A DNA stretch of 64,000 nucleotides, from NCBI RefSeq assembly GCF_020745735.1, contig NC_083421.1, positions 10,400,248 through 10,464,247 of the forward strand, read 5' to 3'. The position numbers and the translations under genes are program-made. Every line of letters begins with the position of its first letter. Position 1 is the stretch's first letter. Positions 11,700-24,475 of this stretch are shown piece after piece. The notes under the pieces were generated by a model. It ran no database searches and was not told where the DNA came from. It was given only the letters and a program-made list of their open reading frames with translations. The DNA comes from Hemiscyllium ocellatum (taxonomy: Eukaryota).

Positions 11700-14590
11700 T
11701 GATTAAAGGATACAAGAATCATAATTGTGCAGAGTGCTGGAGAAGCTGGGATCCACACAGAAAGATCAGCAGGACAATGTGAAAGGCTAAAATTATAGGA
11801 CACAGCAAGGGAGTCAAGGAGGCATAGAAACTATAGGTTGGCTAAATCAGAAGGGAGATAGCAACGTTGGATGGTATTGGTTTTAATGACAGAGTCTGAT
11901 GAACAAGGCAGATGAATTACCGGCATAAATGAGGAAATGATGCGGTTGCTATCACGGAGACATATTGAGAGCGGGGCGGGAGTAGCTATTCAATATTCCA
12001 GGATTTAGTGCCTTCAGGCGAGACAGGGAAAGATGGAAAAGGATGGGGGAGGGTTTGCGGCACAGAATGTTGCTTCTGACGCAATTCTGACGAGAGTATT
12101 TTAGGCTGTAAAATGAAATCATGGATACCTCCTCGAACAAAGGCAAATGGACAGTACTTCAAAACCAAAATACAACAAACATAACGACTGGGAGAGCATG
12201 ATAGACCTTACTATAGGTCCAAAAGACCAAGTGCAAATACATGGGCAAATTTCAGAGAAATGTAAATTAAATAGGGGAATGAGAAAAGAAGTTTTTAACT
12301 TCCTTAGCATAGGCTTGGATATTCATTGTGTCAAAAGTTTAGAGGGAGCACAATTCTGAAAATGCCCCCAGGAGAATATTTTAACAAAGTATGTGTTAGT
12401 ACAGAGAATTTTAATCCAGACCTTGCAAGAAAGGGGTGAACCTGGACTTAACTTTTGGAAAAGAAGTTGACCCAGTGGGTAAAACATCAATGGTGGTGCA
12501 CTTTGCAGACAGTGATCGTAATTAAGTTGGATTTCAGATTGTACTGCGAAGGAATAGAAATTGGCCCAATGTTCTGAAAAGGGGAAGGACAATTTTAGTA
12601 AGATCAGGTAATGACTTAACCAGAGTGGACTGGAAGCTAACACTTATTGGTAAATCTGAGTCAGAGCAGGGTGACACATTTAAGAAAGAGATAGGAAAAT
12701 CACAGGGAGGACATTTCCCAGGAAGACACTGAATGGGACCAAGAATGTAGCGGGCTCTGGACACCAAAGGGCATGGAGGGTGAGATAAAGAGAAACAAGG
12801 GAGGCTTCCGATCTATACTGAAATCTCAAAACATAGAAATTAGTATGGAGTACAGAACGTGCAAGGGGTGTTTGAAAAACAAAGGAATTAGAAGAGCAAA
12901 AGGAACCATGAGAAAATAATAGCAGTGAAAATAAAGGAAAATATTTTTAAAAGTTAAAGGCTCATTCATAATAAAAGAATGATTCGGGAAACAGTAATGC
13001 CCATTAAGTGTTATTATTGGAGTGGAGCTGGAGGATTAGGTTGTGGTCAAAACGAATGTGTTGTGTCAGTGTTCACTAGTAAGACGGACAATGTGGGGAC
13101 AGAAATCATGGAGGGTGTAGCATTGTACTTTCAGAAATTAGGACACATGACGTGATGTTCTGTGTTGTCTTGCTGAATGAAAAGTGGTTTTATTTCCAGG
13201 GCAGATGAAAAGTATACCAAGCGGTTGAGCGACACAAAAGATGAAATAGTTGGGTCGCTGACAATAATTTAGAATTTCAGTCTGGCCACAGCAGTTGTGC
13301 CAAGTAGATCAGCCAACGTTGCACTGTTACACAGGACAAAGGAAGGGATAAATAATGAAAACACAGATCTGTCAAGCTAGTCTCAGTGGTAGGGAAATTA
13401 TTGAAAAGTGAAATTAGTCTTCATTTGGAAGATAAATCAACAATTTGCCCATGTATTTGCAGTTTTTATTGAGAAAAAGTCATGTGTAACAATTTGATAG
13501 TAGTTTTCAGAGAGATAACTCGATGTCCAGATGATAACAATCATCAGAGCCAATGGGATCCGAGTTAATTTGACAGATTGGATCTAGAACTGGCTGAGTG
13601 ATAGGAGCAGGAGATAATAGTCATTGAGTGTCTGCGTGACTGGAAATCTATGTCTCCTGGTGTTCTGTAGGGATTGGTGCTGATTTCCTTGCTATTTCTC
13701 TTACATACCAACGATTGGGACTCAAATTTAGGAGGTTTAACCAATGAATTCACAGATGAAATGAAAACTGTCATGTTGGTAAGTCATGAGCATTATGGAT
13801 TTAGATTGCAGGAGGATATAAAAGGGTCGGTTGTATGTGAAGAGAAGTTGCAAGTGGGAATTATTCTGGATAAATATAAGGTGATGTAATTCAGCAGAAG
13901 AATCTGTGAGGTATGATGTTTTGAATGGTGGAACCCTGGCAAGGCCTGAGGATCTTTGGTGCATGTACCCACCAATCCCCTATAGTACTGTGTCGTCTGG
14001 ATAAACAGACTAAGAAGGTGGGAGGATATTTGCTTTTATTAGCCTAGACATTGACAATGAAAAATAGGGAGATGATACTGGAACTTAACAGAACACTGGT
14101 TAGGCCATACTGAAGCATTGTGTGCATGTTATCGAAGGAATGTGATTACACTGAAGGCAGTATTGATGAGATTTGCCAGGATCTTACCTGGGTTGGAGGG
14201 TTTTAGTTATGAAACTAGATGAGATAGGCAGGGGTTTTCCTTGGAGCAGAGGAGAATTAGGGAGAAGATTATCATGATGTCTAGAATTATTTTAGGCATA
14301 GACTGGGTAAACTGGATGAAACCTTTCCCATTGATGGAGAGATCAATGCCTCGGGGGCACAGGGTGAAGGTAAGGTTCCAAGTGGATCTCAGGGAAAACA
14401 AAATCAAACAGAGGATGGTGTTAGCCTGGAGCACAGCACCTATAACTCATGTAGAAACTGAGCCCCTTATAATAAGTATGAAGTATTGAGATGCATCCTA
14501 GCAAGGGCAAGTCACACAAGGCAATGGATCATGTGCTGGCACATGAGACTGGAATAGTTAGGTGGCTGTTATTGATAGGCGTGAACTGGA
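11700..14590 (+). mobile_element. Heavily degenerate CR1 filling most of the Cmu1-Cmu2 intron (antisense to IgM)
   Basis: Recognisable eroded APE, RT and 3'-tail segments in order; no long ORF remains. Confidence 0.7.
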
Positions 14591-14709
14591 TGGATCAAAG
14601 GGCCTTTTACCTGTGCTCTATAAGGTGATTCAGTGAAAATGGTTATAAATAATGCCTTATTCATATTAATCCCAGATGCTCTGTTTATCTCAGTTCCCAC
14701 AATACGTAC

Positions 14710-15015
14710 CTGGACATGGCATTTCTTTGCTCCTGTGTGACCCGCTGTGTTGAACCTCACAGTAGATTTTGCTGGGGCAATCTACCGCTGACCCGGGCAG
14801 GGTTAACTGGCTGCCCAGGGTGTAGGTTCCCTTCTTGTTTCTCACTGATGGGTAAGTCTTCAATCCATCCGTGATTAGCTCCCCACCTTTCTTCCAGGTT
14901 ACCTTGGTGACGTCAGGGGAATAGTCCATCACCAAACAACCAAAGATTGCAGAATCGGTGTTGTGCTCCTCACAGGAGGAGAACAGGCCATAAAGCGTGA
15001 GGGGAGATGGTGTCT
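14710..15015 (-). CDS. IGHM: Cmu1 exon ([43 protein letters not shown]...[20 protein letters not shown]), intact
   Basis: 306 nt, TGTAG| acceptor, |GTACG donor, Ig C1-set Cys/Trp/Cys pattern, open frame. Confidence 0.93.
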
Positions 15016-15346
15016 CTACAATAGAATGACCAATTGAGCATGTTAATTTGACCTTATCAGTTACTCAAATGTATCCTCAGCTGTAAACGTTTGCCAGTAT
15101 GCTCCCGCTGAAGTCTACAGCATAACTAGAGTTTATTTTTGTTTCCTACCAGTTGCTGATCATGATCATTGGTTCCCTCTTTAGAAACATGCCCTCGACC
15201 TTGACCATATCATTTAGGAAGAAGAACATCCTGATCCCACCCCAGGAACTGTTTGAAGATCTTAGCAACTGACACTTTCAATGGATTGCTATGAAGAGCA
15301 AAGAAGTTTCACAAAATACAAACCAAGGAAATGCAGATTCATCGAA

Positions 15347-15661
15347 ATTCTACAGTGTGTGCAAACAGGCCATTTGGCCCAACAAGTCCAAACCCACCCT
15401 CTGAAAAGAAACACATCCAGACCCATTCCCCTACCCTATTATGTTACAGTTAACCCTGACTAATGCACCTAACCTCCCAATCACTGAACACAACATTTGC
15501 AATTCCCTCAGCTTTTACATCTTTGGACTGTGGGAGAAAATGCATACAGATATGGGGAGAAAGTGCCAACTCCACACAGACAGTCACCCGAGGCTGGAAT
15601 GGAACCCAAGTCCCTAGCACTGTGAGGCAGCAGCGCTAACCACGGAACCAGCATGCCGCCC
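15347..15661 (-). mobile_element. HE1-like tRNA-derived SINE
   Basis: Head GGGCGGCATGCTGG..GTGGTTAGCGCTGCTGCCTCACAG, B-box-like GGGTTCCATTCC, CR1-like tail GGGCCAAATGGCCTGTTT. Confidence 0.8.
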
Positions 15662-15724
15662 CACTAGCTACCGTGCTGCTGGAAATACCCAACAGCTGGC
15701 AGTACCCCCGGAGAGAAATCAGAG

Positions 15725-15990
15725 TGAATCATAGAACATTGAACATTACAGCGCAGTGCAGGCCCTTCGGCCCTCGATGTTGCGCTACCCTGACATACTC
15801 ATATGAAGCCCATCCCACCTACACTATTCCATGTACATCCATATGCCTGTCCAATGACAACTTAAATGTACTTAAACTTGGCGAATCTACGACCATTGCA
15901 GGCAAAGCATTCCATACCCTTACTACTCAATGAGTAAAGAAACTACCTCTGCCATCTGTCTTATACCTATCTCTCCTCACTTTAAAGTTG
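15725..15990 (-). mobile_element. CR1 3' tail fragment
   Basis: ATAGAACATTGAACATTACAGCGCAGTGCAGGCCCTTCGGCCCTCGATGTTGCGC is the reverse complement of the tail at 48140-48200. Confidence 0.78.
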
Positions 15991-16092
15991 TGTCCCCTCG
16001 TGTTTGCCATCCCCATACTTGGAAATCAGGTCCAGTGAGCCTTCCTCACTTATCAATGCAAGGCAGAATATTCTCTCTGGGAGGAAGGTCAC

Positions 16093-16112
16093 TGCAGCAG
16101 CAGCAGCAGCAG
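16093..16112. repeat. (CAG)n microsatellite
   Basis: About six CAG units. Confidence 0.85.
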
Positions 16113-16339
16113 CACAGGCAGGAGCTGAGCACAGAGACGGGGAGGATGGCTGTCATGGCTGAACTCAGGCCAATTGGTTGGAAGTTGAAACATCTCATTT
16201 ACAATGATCTGAATTCTGGAGGCCTCTGAAAAATGGAGGACCATTAAGGTACAGAGACTTTGGAGTGTTACAGCTGAGTATTTTCATAAATATGATTTGA
16301 GAAATGAACAAGTAATCTTTAACTTTAATAACTATCAAA

Positions 16340-17185
16340 CTGACACGCAGTTCACCACCAAACCTCATCTTTCAGACTAACCACTGCACTTACTCTGTCT
16401 AGACCTAAATTTCCACTCACATTGACAAACACTACCCTGCTATACACCCATTCATGCCCGGAACACACAACCCTTATCACACAAAACACATCCAAGGCAA
16501 TCCATATTGGTAGTGTGGTTAAGCAGAGAGATCTCGGTGCCCATGTACATAGATCCCTAAACGTTGCCAGCCAGTTTGATAGAGTTGTTAAGAAGCCATA
16601 CTTTGTGCTGGCTTTCATCGATAGAGGGACTGAGTTTCAGAACCACAAGGTTAGGTTGCAGCTGTACAAAACTCTGGTGTGGCTGGGCACTGGGAGTATT
16701 GTGTACTGTTCTGGTCACCACATTGTAGAGAGAGTGTGGAAGCTTTGGAAGAGTTCAGAGGAGGTTTACCAGGATGTTGTTTGGTATGGCGGGAATGTTT
16801 AATGAGAAAAGGATGAGGGTCTTGAAGCTGTTTTTGTTTGAGAGAAGAAGGTTGAGAGGTGACTTAATTGTGACATAAAAGATAAACAGAGGGTGGACAG
16901 TGAAAGTTTTTTTCCTTGAATAGTGATGGCTAGCAGGAGAGGACATAGATGACAGATGTCAGAGGTTATTTCTTTACTCAGAGAGTAGTAGGGCCATGGA
17001 ACGCACTGCCTGCAACAATAGTACACTCGCCAACTTTAAGGGCATTTAAAAGGTCATTGGATAAACATATGGATGAAAATGGAATAGTGTAGGATAGATA
17101 GGCTTCAGATTGGTTCCACAGGTCAGCGCAACATCGAGGGCTGAAGGGCCTGTACTGCACTGTAATGTTCTATACTCTATATTCC
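16340..17185 (+). mobile_element. CR1 3' fragment (RT end plus tail)
   Basis: ORF 16422-16802 (RDLGAHVHRSLNVASQFDRVVKK, QLYKTLV) and the family tail at 17100-17180. Confidence 0.82.
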
Positions 17186-18685
17186 AGATGGACATATGGT
17201 CTCAATTCCTTTCAGTCATTTACACTCCTGCCACCCTGCACCTGGCCCATGGCGAATCTGGCCCTGACTGGACCTGGCACCATCATTTTCACAACCTCTG
17301 ACAAAAGCCGACTCCCCAAGACATGACCTCAGCCCTTGACCACTGACCTCTCATCTTACCCAAGACAACCTGTGCACATTGCATCCTAGCTCCTTTGGCA
17401 TCTGTGCTTTACAACCTACCATTTTGCCAGACTCCGAGCTTTGCATTTTGACAACACGTCCACCTGTCATTTCATTCTAGTGACCTTCCACCCCCTGAAA
17501 CATCCTGGCACTCTGCCCACCTCTACACTAACCAGCCTGGCATCCTGCCCACCTCTCCATAAACCAGCCTGGCAAAGACAGACCTCCTGCATTTCAGCTC
17601 AAACTACCCCTCACCTACCAAGCACAATTTGACCAAATTATCCTGTGACCATTACCGTTTACCTTGATGCCACGTTTTGCCAGACAGAGTACATGCAAGC
17701 TTACCCAGCAGCCAGCCAACCAACCTACCAGCCCAAACTCTCCCACATGCCCAATCTAGCCCCTCACTTGCTCACCACCTTCCAACTTTGAGCCTATCCA
17801 CCATAAAGTCAGTGAGTCATAAAGTCGTACAGCACAGAAACAGTTCCCTTGGTCCAGCCCAGCCATGCTGACCAGAGTTCCCAAATTAAACTCATTCCAC
17901 TTGCCTGCCTTTGGCCCATATCCATCCAGACCGATCCAGTTCCTGTAGCTGTTCAAATGTCTTCTCAATGTGGGACCTATCTCTGCATTTACCGCTTCCT
18001 CTGGCAGTTCATTCCAATGTTTTGGACAGTTACAACATCAAGCCCTAACTCCTGCACTCAGTGCTCTGACCAATGAAGGTACATGTGCCAAACACCTTCA
18101 ACACACTAGGTACTTGAGACAACACTTTCAAGAATCTTTGAGTCTTGAATCTATGAATTTCTGTGGTGGAGAATTCCAAAAGAATTCGCCATTCTTTTGT
18201 TGAACCGTAAACAATCAGGTTCAATGTTATCGAGTGTTGGGAAGACCGGTGAGCAGCAAGATTAATGCTGATCCCATGAATGGAATAGCCTTCCAGAGAG
18301 GCCGAGATGCCTTCTTCAGCTTCCATTTTGCATGCTGACATGTCCCTTCGGCAGCATGTTCCAAATTGTGATCCTTGAGGATAAGGGCACACATGCATGT
18401 AAAGCTTTCCTCCAAATCAGACTTCAGCTTGACTCTCAACTATTTCCCTGCCCGTTTCCTCTTCCTCAATCACAGCCATGGGACTCACTTCCTAACAGCG
18501 CTGTGAATGTGCTAATACCACACAAACTTCAGCAATTCAAATAGACTGCTGACAACTGGTTTCTCAAGGCGATATAAAAAGTCTGACACTTCCACACCTG
18601 TCTAGAGATCCAAACAACCACTGGAAGAATTGAAAATTATTTGAGGCACTTGTGTGTCTACACAAGATGATATGGTTTCCTTTTT

Positions 18686-18890
18686 TAAAAATCACACAAC
18701 ACCAGGTTATAGTCCAACAGGTTTAATTGGAAGCACACTAGCTTTCGGAGCGACGCTCTACTATCACCTGATAAAGGAGCGACGCTCCTTCATCAGTTTG
18801 CTTCCAAATAAATCTGTTGGAGTATAACCTGGTGTTGTGTGATTTTTAACTTTGTACACCCCAGTCCAACACCGGCATCTCCAAATCATG
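18686..18890. mobile_element. Second-family fold-back element with hammerhead-derived core (probable PLE terminal repeat)
   Basis: Inverted arms AAAAATCACACAACACCAGGTTATAGTCCAACAGG... / ...CTGTTGGAGTATAACCTGGTGTTGTGTGATTTTT. A single-arm relative lies at about 52925-53010. Confidence 0.65.
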
Positions 18891-18985
18891 GTTTCTTTTT
18901 GTGTGATTTGACTGTGTTTTCACTGAATGAACAGAGCTATTTCTTAATCATATAATAGGAATGAAGCTTCCCTCTTTTTTAGCAA

Positions 18986-19173
18986 CAGCTGAAAATGTGT
19001 TGCTGGAAAAGCGCAGCAGGTCAGGCAGCATCCAAGGAGCCCTTCCTGAAGAAGGGCTCATGCCCGAAACGTCGATTCTCCTGCTCCTTGGGTGCTGCCT
19101 GACCTGTTGCGCTTTTCCAGCAACACATTTTCAGCTCTGATCTGCAGCATCTGCAGTCCTCACTTTCTCCTCA
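18986..19173. mobile_element. Fold-back mini-element made of Penelope terminal repeats
   Basis: ~53-bp inverted arms GCTGAAAATGTGTTGCTGG...GGAGC / GCTCC...CCAGCAACACATTTTCAGC, with a hammerhead motif in the loop. TSD TTTTTAGCAA at 18976-18985 and 19174-19183. Confidence 0.82.
19043..19077 (+). ncRNA. Minimal type-I hammerhead ribozyme motif (best-preserved copy)
   Basis: CTGAAGA (19046-19052), A, stem II GGGC-TCAT-GCCC, GAAAC, GTC cleavage triplet. Stem III is only the palindrome ACGT; stem I is short. Confidence 0.75.
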
Positions 19174-21199
19174 TTTTTAGCAAGGCAATCACACATTATA
19201 TTTCTTGATTCCAGGGAAGTATAGTGTTAAATTAATGAAATATGATGATTGGGATGTTTCAATTGGAAATTGTCAGAGATTTACAGTTTACTTTCATGAG
19301 CAATTAATTCCAGTACTCACAGGAATGTCTTTCAGATATGGTGTCTCCCTTTGTTATGGGCAGTCGAATCAGTAAATCTGGGATAGTTTTTGCTTGTTAA
19401 ACAAAGGTGTTAAAGAGTTTTAGCCAAAGGGAGACCTGTGGATTTAGCTCACAGATGCACCATGATCTAAGTAAGTGGGGGAACAGCTCGAGGGGCTAAG
19501 TGCCCTCCTCTTGTTCCTACCTTCCTATCATTGTGTCATTCATTAAGCTAGTACTGGCCGTGAATACTTTTTATTAAAATATTTCAACAAATTAATTGTT
19601 TGACACATGCTTTAAAAAAAACTTCTGTTGATTATTTGGAACGGGATCATTGACATTCTCTATTTGCGTGATCAAAATAACTTCCACCCAATTACAGCAG
19701 CCACTGCACTCTGGAGTGTGTTGTTACTTCATAACAGTTTCTTGTGAAACTACAGCTCAAGATCAGGGCGCTCAAATTCAATAATATCTCTGAACATTCG
19801 CAATTTGTTCAAATGTACCTTTTCTCTGAAGAACGTGCTTAATCGAACAGAATGTTTTTCAATGAACAAACTTTAAATGCTAGAAAACCAAAATAAAGAC
19901 AGAAACTTCTGAAGAAACTCAGCAGGTCTAGCAGCTCCTGTGGAAAAAGGCAAGGTTAACCTTTCGCATCCAAAGACCCCCTCTTCACCAAATTGTTTTC
20001 ATGTTTTTGGCACAAGAGCTCACACCTGTTGAGATAAACCATGTTAGTTATTAACACCTTCCCACAACCAGGGATTGTTCCAGAATGTTTGTACGATGAA
20101 AGTAACATTTCAACATTTATCCAAGAATACTTTGACAGCAGCTCCAAATTGTTCAAACTCTATGGGAACTACAGAGCAATAAAACTAGGAATTGCATTGC
20201 CATCAATTCACTGTCACTGGATTCCAACCTCGAACTCTCTTCCTCTTTCCCCTGTGAATGTTGCTGCACCAGACGGTCTACTTAGTTTGAAAAAGATTAA
20301 AATGTTTTGAAGTGTAATAAGACCATTGCCGGTGTCATTAAAAGCTGATAATAGGTTTTCAAATAATAAGATGCAAAAAAAATTCTGATTCTACATTGTG
20401 CCACGAAACATGTCCTGCATAACTGAGGCACCAAGAAACTATGCTGCATATTTCCCTCTGCCTCGCTCAATCAAATATCCCTTGTTGCCAGCAACCAATT
20501 TCAAAACTCTTGCTATCTGTCTTTTGTTCCTGAAACGTTCGTTCTGATTGGAACAACTTAGTCAGGGCTCTCAATTCTGAGGCACCTAATCGAATATTGT
20601 ATTTCTGGCAGATAAAAGTGGTTTTGAAGCGCGAGATGAAATTGAACTGTCTGAGATTCAGGTATCCGAACTGGACAATTTACAAATGGTCAGGACCGTT
20701 GTTAAGTTAGTCAGAGATAGCACTGAAACAAACTGTACAACAGACTTAATCCCAGAGGATACATTGCTCAACTCCTCACGTCAAATATGTTCACTGTAAT
20801 TGAATATTCATCAGAAGAACTAACCAGTGGATTAATGTGAACGAGAATGTATTCACAATGAACATAAATAACCACTGAGTTAACAAACTTAATTAGTCAT
20901 TGCATTTAACAAAATTATTGACGTGGGAAATATCGCCAATTAAAGCACAGATCTGGAGGAAATGGATTATTCTCTAAATTATTTTTAGATTTTCTTAAAA
21001 TGTTCCTCGAACTGTGGAGATTTTGCATGCACTGCATAAACAATACTGCATTCCAGTGTGGAAAGCATTTCTGTTGAAGGAATTAGGGCAAAGTTATTTT
21101 CTTGTTAACTGCTTTTAATGAACTAAAATGTTTAAAAAGGTATGAATTGAAAACATGCTTCTGTCTGAAGTTGCCCGCTTTAACGGATGTCTAAGTAAA

Positions 21200-21477
21200 T
21201 GTGGCACTGCTGCCTCACAGATCCAGGTACCCAGGCTCGGTTCCAGCCTCGGGTGACTGCCTATGTGGAGTTTACACAATCTCCCCTGTGCCTGTGTGGA
21301 TTCCCTCCCACAATCCAAAGATGTGCATGTCAGGTGAACTGGTCATGCTATATTGTCCATAGAGTTAGGTGCATTAGTCAGGGGTAAATATAGGGTAGGG
21401 AAATGGGTCTGGGTGGGTTACTCTACAGAGGGTCTTCAAATGGCCCGATACATACTGCAGGAAATCTAATCTAAATG
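21200..21477 (+). mobile_element. HE1-like SINE
   Basis: GCACTGCTGCCTCACAG...CCAGCCTCGGGTGACTG...GGGAAATGGGTCTGGGTGGG. Confidence 0.78.
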
Positions 21478-21719
21478 ATTGTCACACTTAACTAATGTGA
21501 CCAGATTCCTTCCGATCGCTACATTGCAATAAATCGGTCAAGTATATTAATTAAAATAAATATTACTCTATTTTCAGTGTCTGAATAAACAATTTGCTCT
21601 GTTATCCTTTAGTTCATGTCTTCTGCAAATTTGTGAACTCTGCATAAGCCTGAACACATCGATGTAAAATGGATTCTCTGCGTTTGCAGCAAGTACTCCC
21701 GTGGTTTTAAGAGGAGAGT

Positions 21720-22060
21720 TTCTAAAGTATGGAAACAGGCCATTTGGCCCAACAATTCCACACTGACCCTCTGAACAGTAAGTAGCCCACCCAGACCCAT
21801 TCCCCCTAATTTATATTTACCCCTGACCAGTGCACCCTAACCTACACATCCCTGAACACTATGGCTGTGCTCAATTGCACAATCACTGACCTGCACATCT
21901 TTTGGACTGTGGTAGGAAACCAGAGCGCCCGAAGGAAACCCACGCAGACACAGGGAGAATGTGCAAACTCCACACAGGCAGTCACCTGAGGGTGGAATCA
22001 AATTTGGGACCCTGGCGCTGTGAGGCAGCAATGCCAATCACTGAGCTACCATGCTGCCCT
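21720..22060 (-). mobile_element. HE1-like SINE
   Basis: Full head-to-tail copy in opposite orientation to the 21200 copy. Confidence 0.8.
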
Positions 22061-23668
22061 GCGAGTTCATGAGTGGATTACTTTAATCAATTCGAAATTT
22101 GGCCTTGGTCACATAATTCACTATAGCAGTTGTTTCCGAAAGAATGACTCTTCAGTTGATATTTTGTTGTAAAATGTAACTATTTATTTAAAATGCACAG
22201 ATTGGGAACACCTAAAGCACTGTGCAGGTTAAATAATTCAGTTAATGTTTTATTTTTATCCTGCAAATCCAGTTTAATCAGAGACATAACAATTAATTAA
22301 CTCAAGTTATGTGTGAAACTGATCAAAGCAGTGAAACTAATCTGTTCTTCATAGAATTGAGCAGAATTTCCAAATGGTCTTTGCCAATGATCTTTGCCAG
22401 CCAGAAAAATATGTATGTAATGTACAGCGGAATTGAAAGGTGTTTCTTGATCAATTATAGCACAGTCATGGCATTTTTGCTCAAGAGCAAGAACTATTAG
22501 AACATTAGACTTTTGAAATTCTATTGATATTTCTCTATGACTTGTAAACTGTTTAAAGACAGACCTTGTGATTGAACTAGATAGTTGAGTTTTGAATTTG
22601 GATTGTAAAGCATGGATTAGATTAATCCTTAATTATTTATTTTAAGTAAAAATGGCACCTGAAGATATTTGTTTTCCTTTCATTTCTAAAACCTTTGCGA
22701 TTTGCCTTTCACTTAATAATAGACTTTATGAAATTTTAACTCGCATGCTGATTGCATTGAATGAGGAACCTGGAGCCGTTCACTGTCACCAACCGTGTTA
22801 ACATTGCAAAAACAATGTAGAAACCAGAAATGGTTTCCCAAATATAACACATTTAATGTTACCCAAGCACAGTCCCTCCTCAACAGATCAACGATCACAA
22901 CACAGTGTGTTTGCAGCCGAACTAGCTCTGCAAACATTTTCAACAGAACCAAGAACATGATGTAACCTCACAAAAAAAACCAAATTGAAGTCTGACGAAG
23001 CTGCTCAGAATCAAGCAAACTAATGATTAAATTGAATAGAAATAACAGGTCATAATAGCAACCTTGTTTGTGAGGGGAGTTAACACTTAAAACTGTAACG
23101 TTTCTGGCAATAGTTCAATTTATTTCCAACCTGCACACCCTTCCTGATCATGACAATCTTCTGCAGCGCACAGTAGAGTGAGGTTAAAGGCATATATTGA
23201 TTAATCACGTCATGGTCAAAACAAAATTACTGAATGGACAAATATTACCACATTATAATTTTAAGTTAGTTTCAATTATGTAATCTGATCAATTCTGCAG
23301 TTTCAGATTTTAGTCCCAAATTTTATTTTGAATGAGGCTACTCAAACAAAATTCAGTTAGTTTACAATTAGAACTGAGTTTTTTTTAAAGTCAATGCATT
23401 AAAAACTCGTTTTTTTTTCATTTCTCACGCTTCCGAGTTTCTGCCTTAAGTTGTTTTTCAGACCATTACAAATGGATGTAATGTTTTCAATCATGCAGAG
23501 AAAAATGTGTCATATAAGTTTAACAAATGCAGAAATGATTCATGAAAAACAAAAGAACTTCACAAATATTGGTAATAAAAAGTATTCCAGAGAGTCAATC
23601 TCCTCACCAGAAAGAAAACATCGATTCAGAAAGCGTGAAAACGCAGATCAATTTCACAAACTGAATAA

Positions 23669-23960
23669 GAATCCAATCAACTCAATTCAACAGAATCAAG
23701 GAAAATAAAATCAGAATCCAATCAACTCAAAACAACAGATTTAAATAAAACATAATCTCAGAATCCAACCAATTCAATTCAACAGAATCAAATAAAACAA
23801 ATTTCAAAAACCAATCAACACAATTCAACAAAATCAAGTAAAAACAAAGTCAGAATCCAATCAACACAGTTCAACTGAATCAACTAAAACAAAGCCAAAA
23901 TCCAATCAACTCAATTCAACAGAATCAAGTAAAACAAACTCAGACTCTAATCAACAGAAT
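23669..23960. repeat. 45-47 bp tandem repeat, ~6.3 copies, in the J-Cmu1 intron
   Basis: Unit starts at 23669, 23714, 23761, 23807, 23853, 23898 and 23943. Consensus is about GAATCCAATCAACTCAATTCAACAGAATCAAGTAAAACAAACTCA. Confidence 0.9.
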
Positions 23961-24475
23961 GCAATATAGCACCGCAAGAAACTTTTATGACAGTTTCTAG
24001 CCTGCTTGTCATCAACAAAATTAACAAAATAAATGAGAAAATATAATCATGGTAAGAACATATATTCAAGAAATGAATAATGATATTTTAGCATATTTTA
24101 GTAATGTTTGGTAATATCATGAACATCTTTGAATTCTTAGCGTTTGTTGTTGATAATAAAACTCACATTAAAGTGACTGTCACTGACATTAAAGATTATT
24201 TATAGCTGACTGATTAAGAGACATTAGGTGTTTCAAGTAATCCAGCCACATAGAATGCCCATCTGATCAAAAAAAGAGATACACCGAGCAACTGACTCCA
24301 TCATCACCATTTTAACTATTTGCTGAGCCTTAACTGAAGTCTATAATCAGTCTGAACAAAAATCAATCCGAACTAAACCAAACTCAGCACAGAATCTAAG
24401 TTTCATTTAATTCAGAAATTAGTCACATGAATAGAAAGTTTTTAAAAAGTCACTAAGAAAGTTCAAAGTTCTTAC

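Noticed and set aside
22781-22814. RSS-like CACTGTC ... GCAAAAACA and J-like RLVTVN on minus
   Set aside because: Spacer is 18 nt (not 12 or 22/23), there is no WGxG/FGxG motif and no donor in the right place.
22901-22940. Perfect heptamer CACAGTG in the J-C intron
   Set aside because: No acceptable nonamer at 12 or 22/23 nt; expected by chance.
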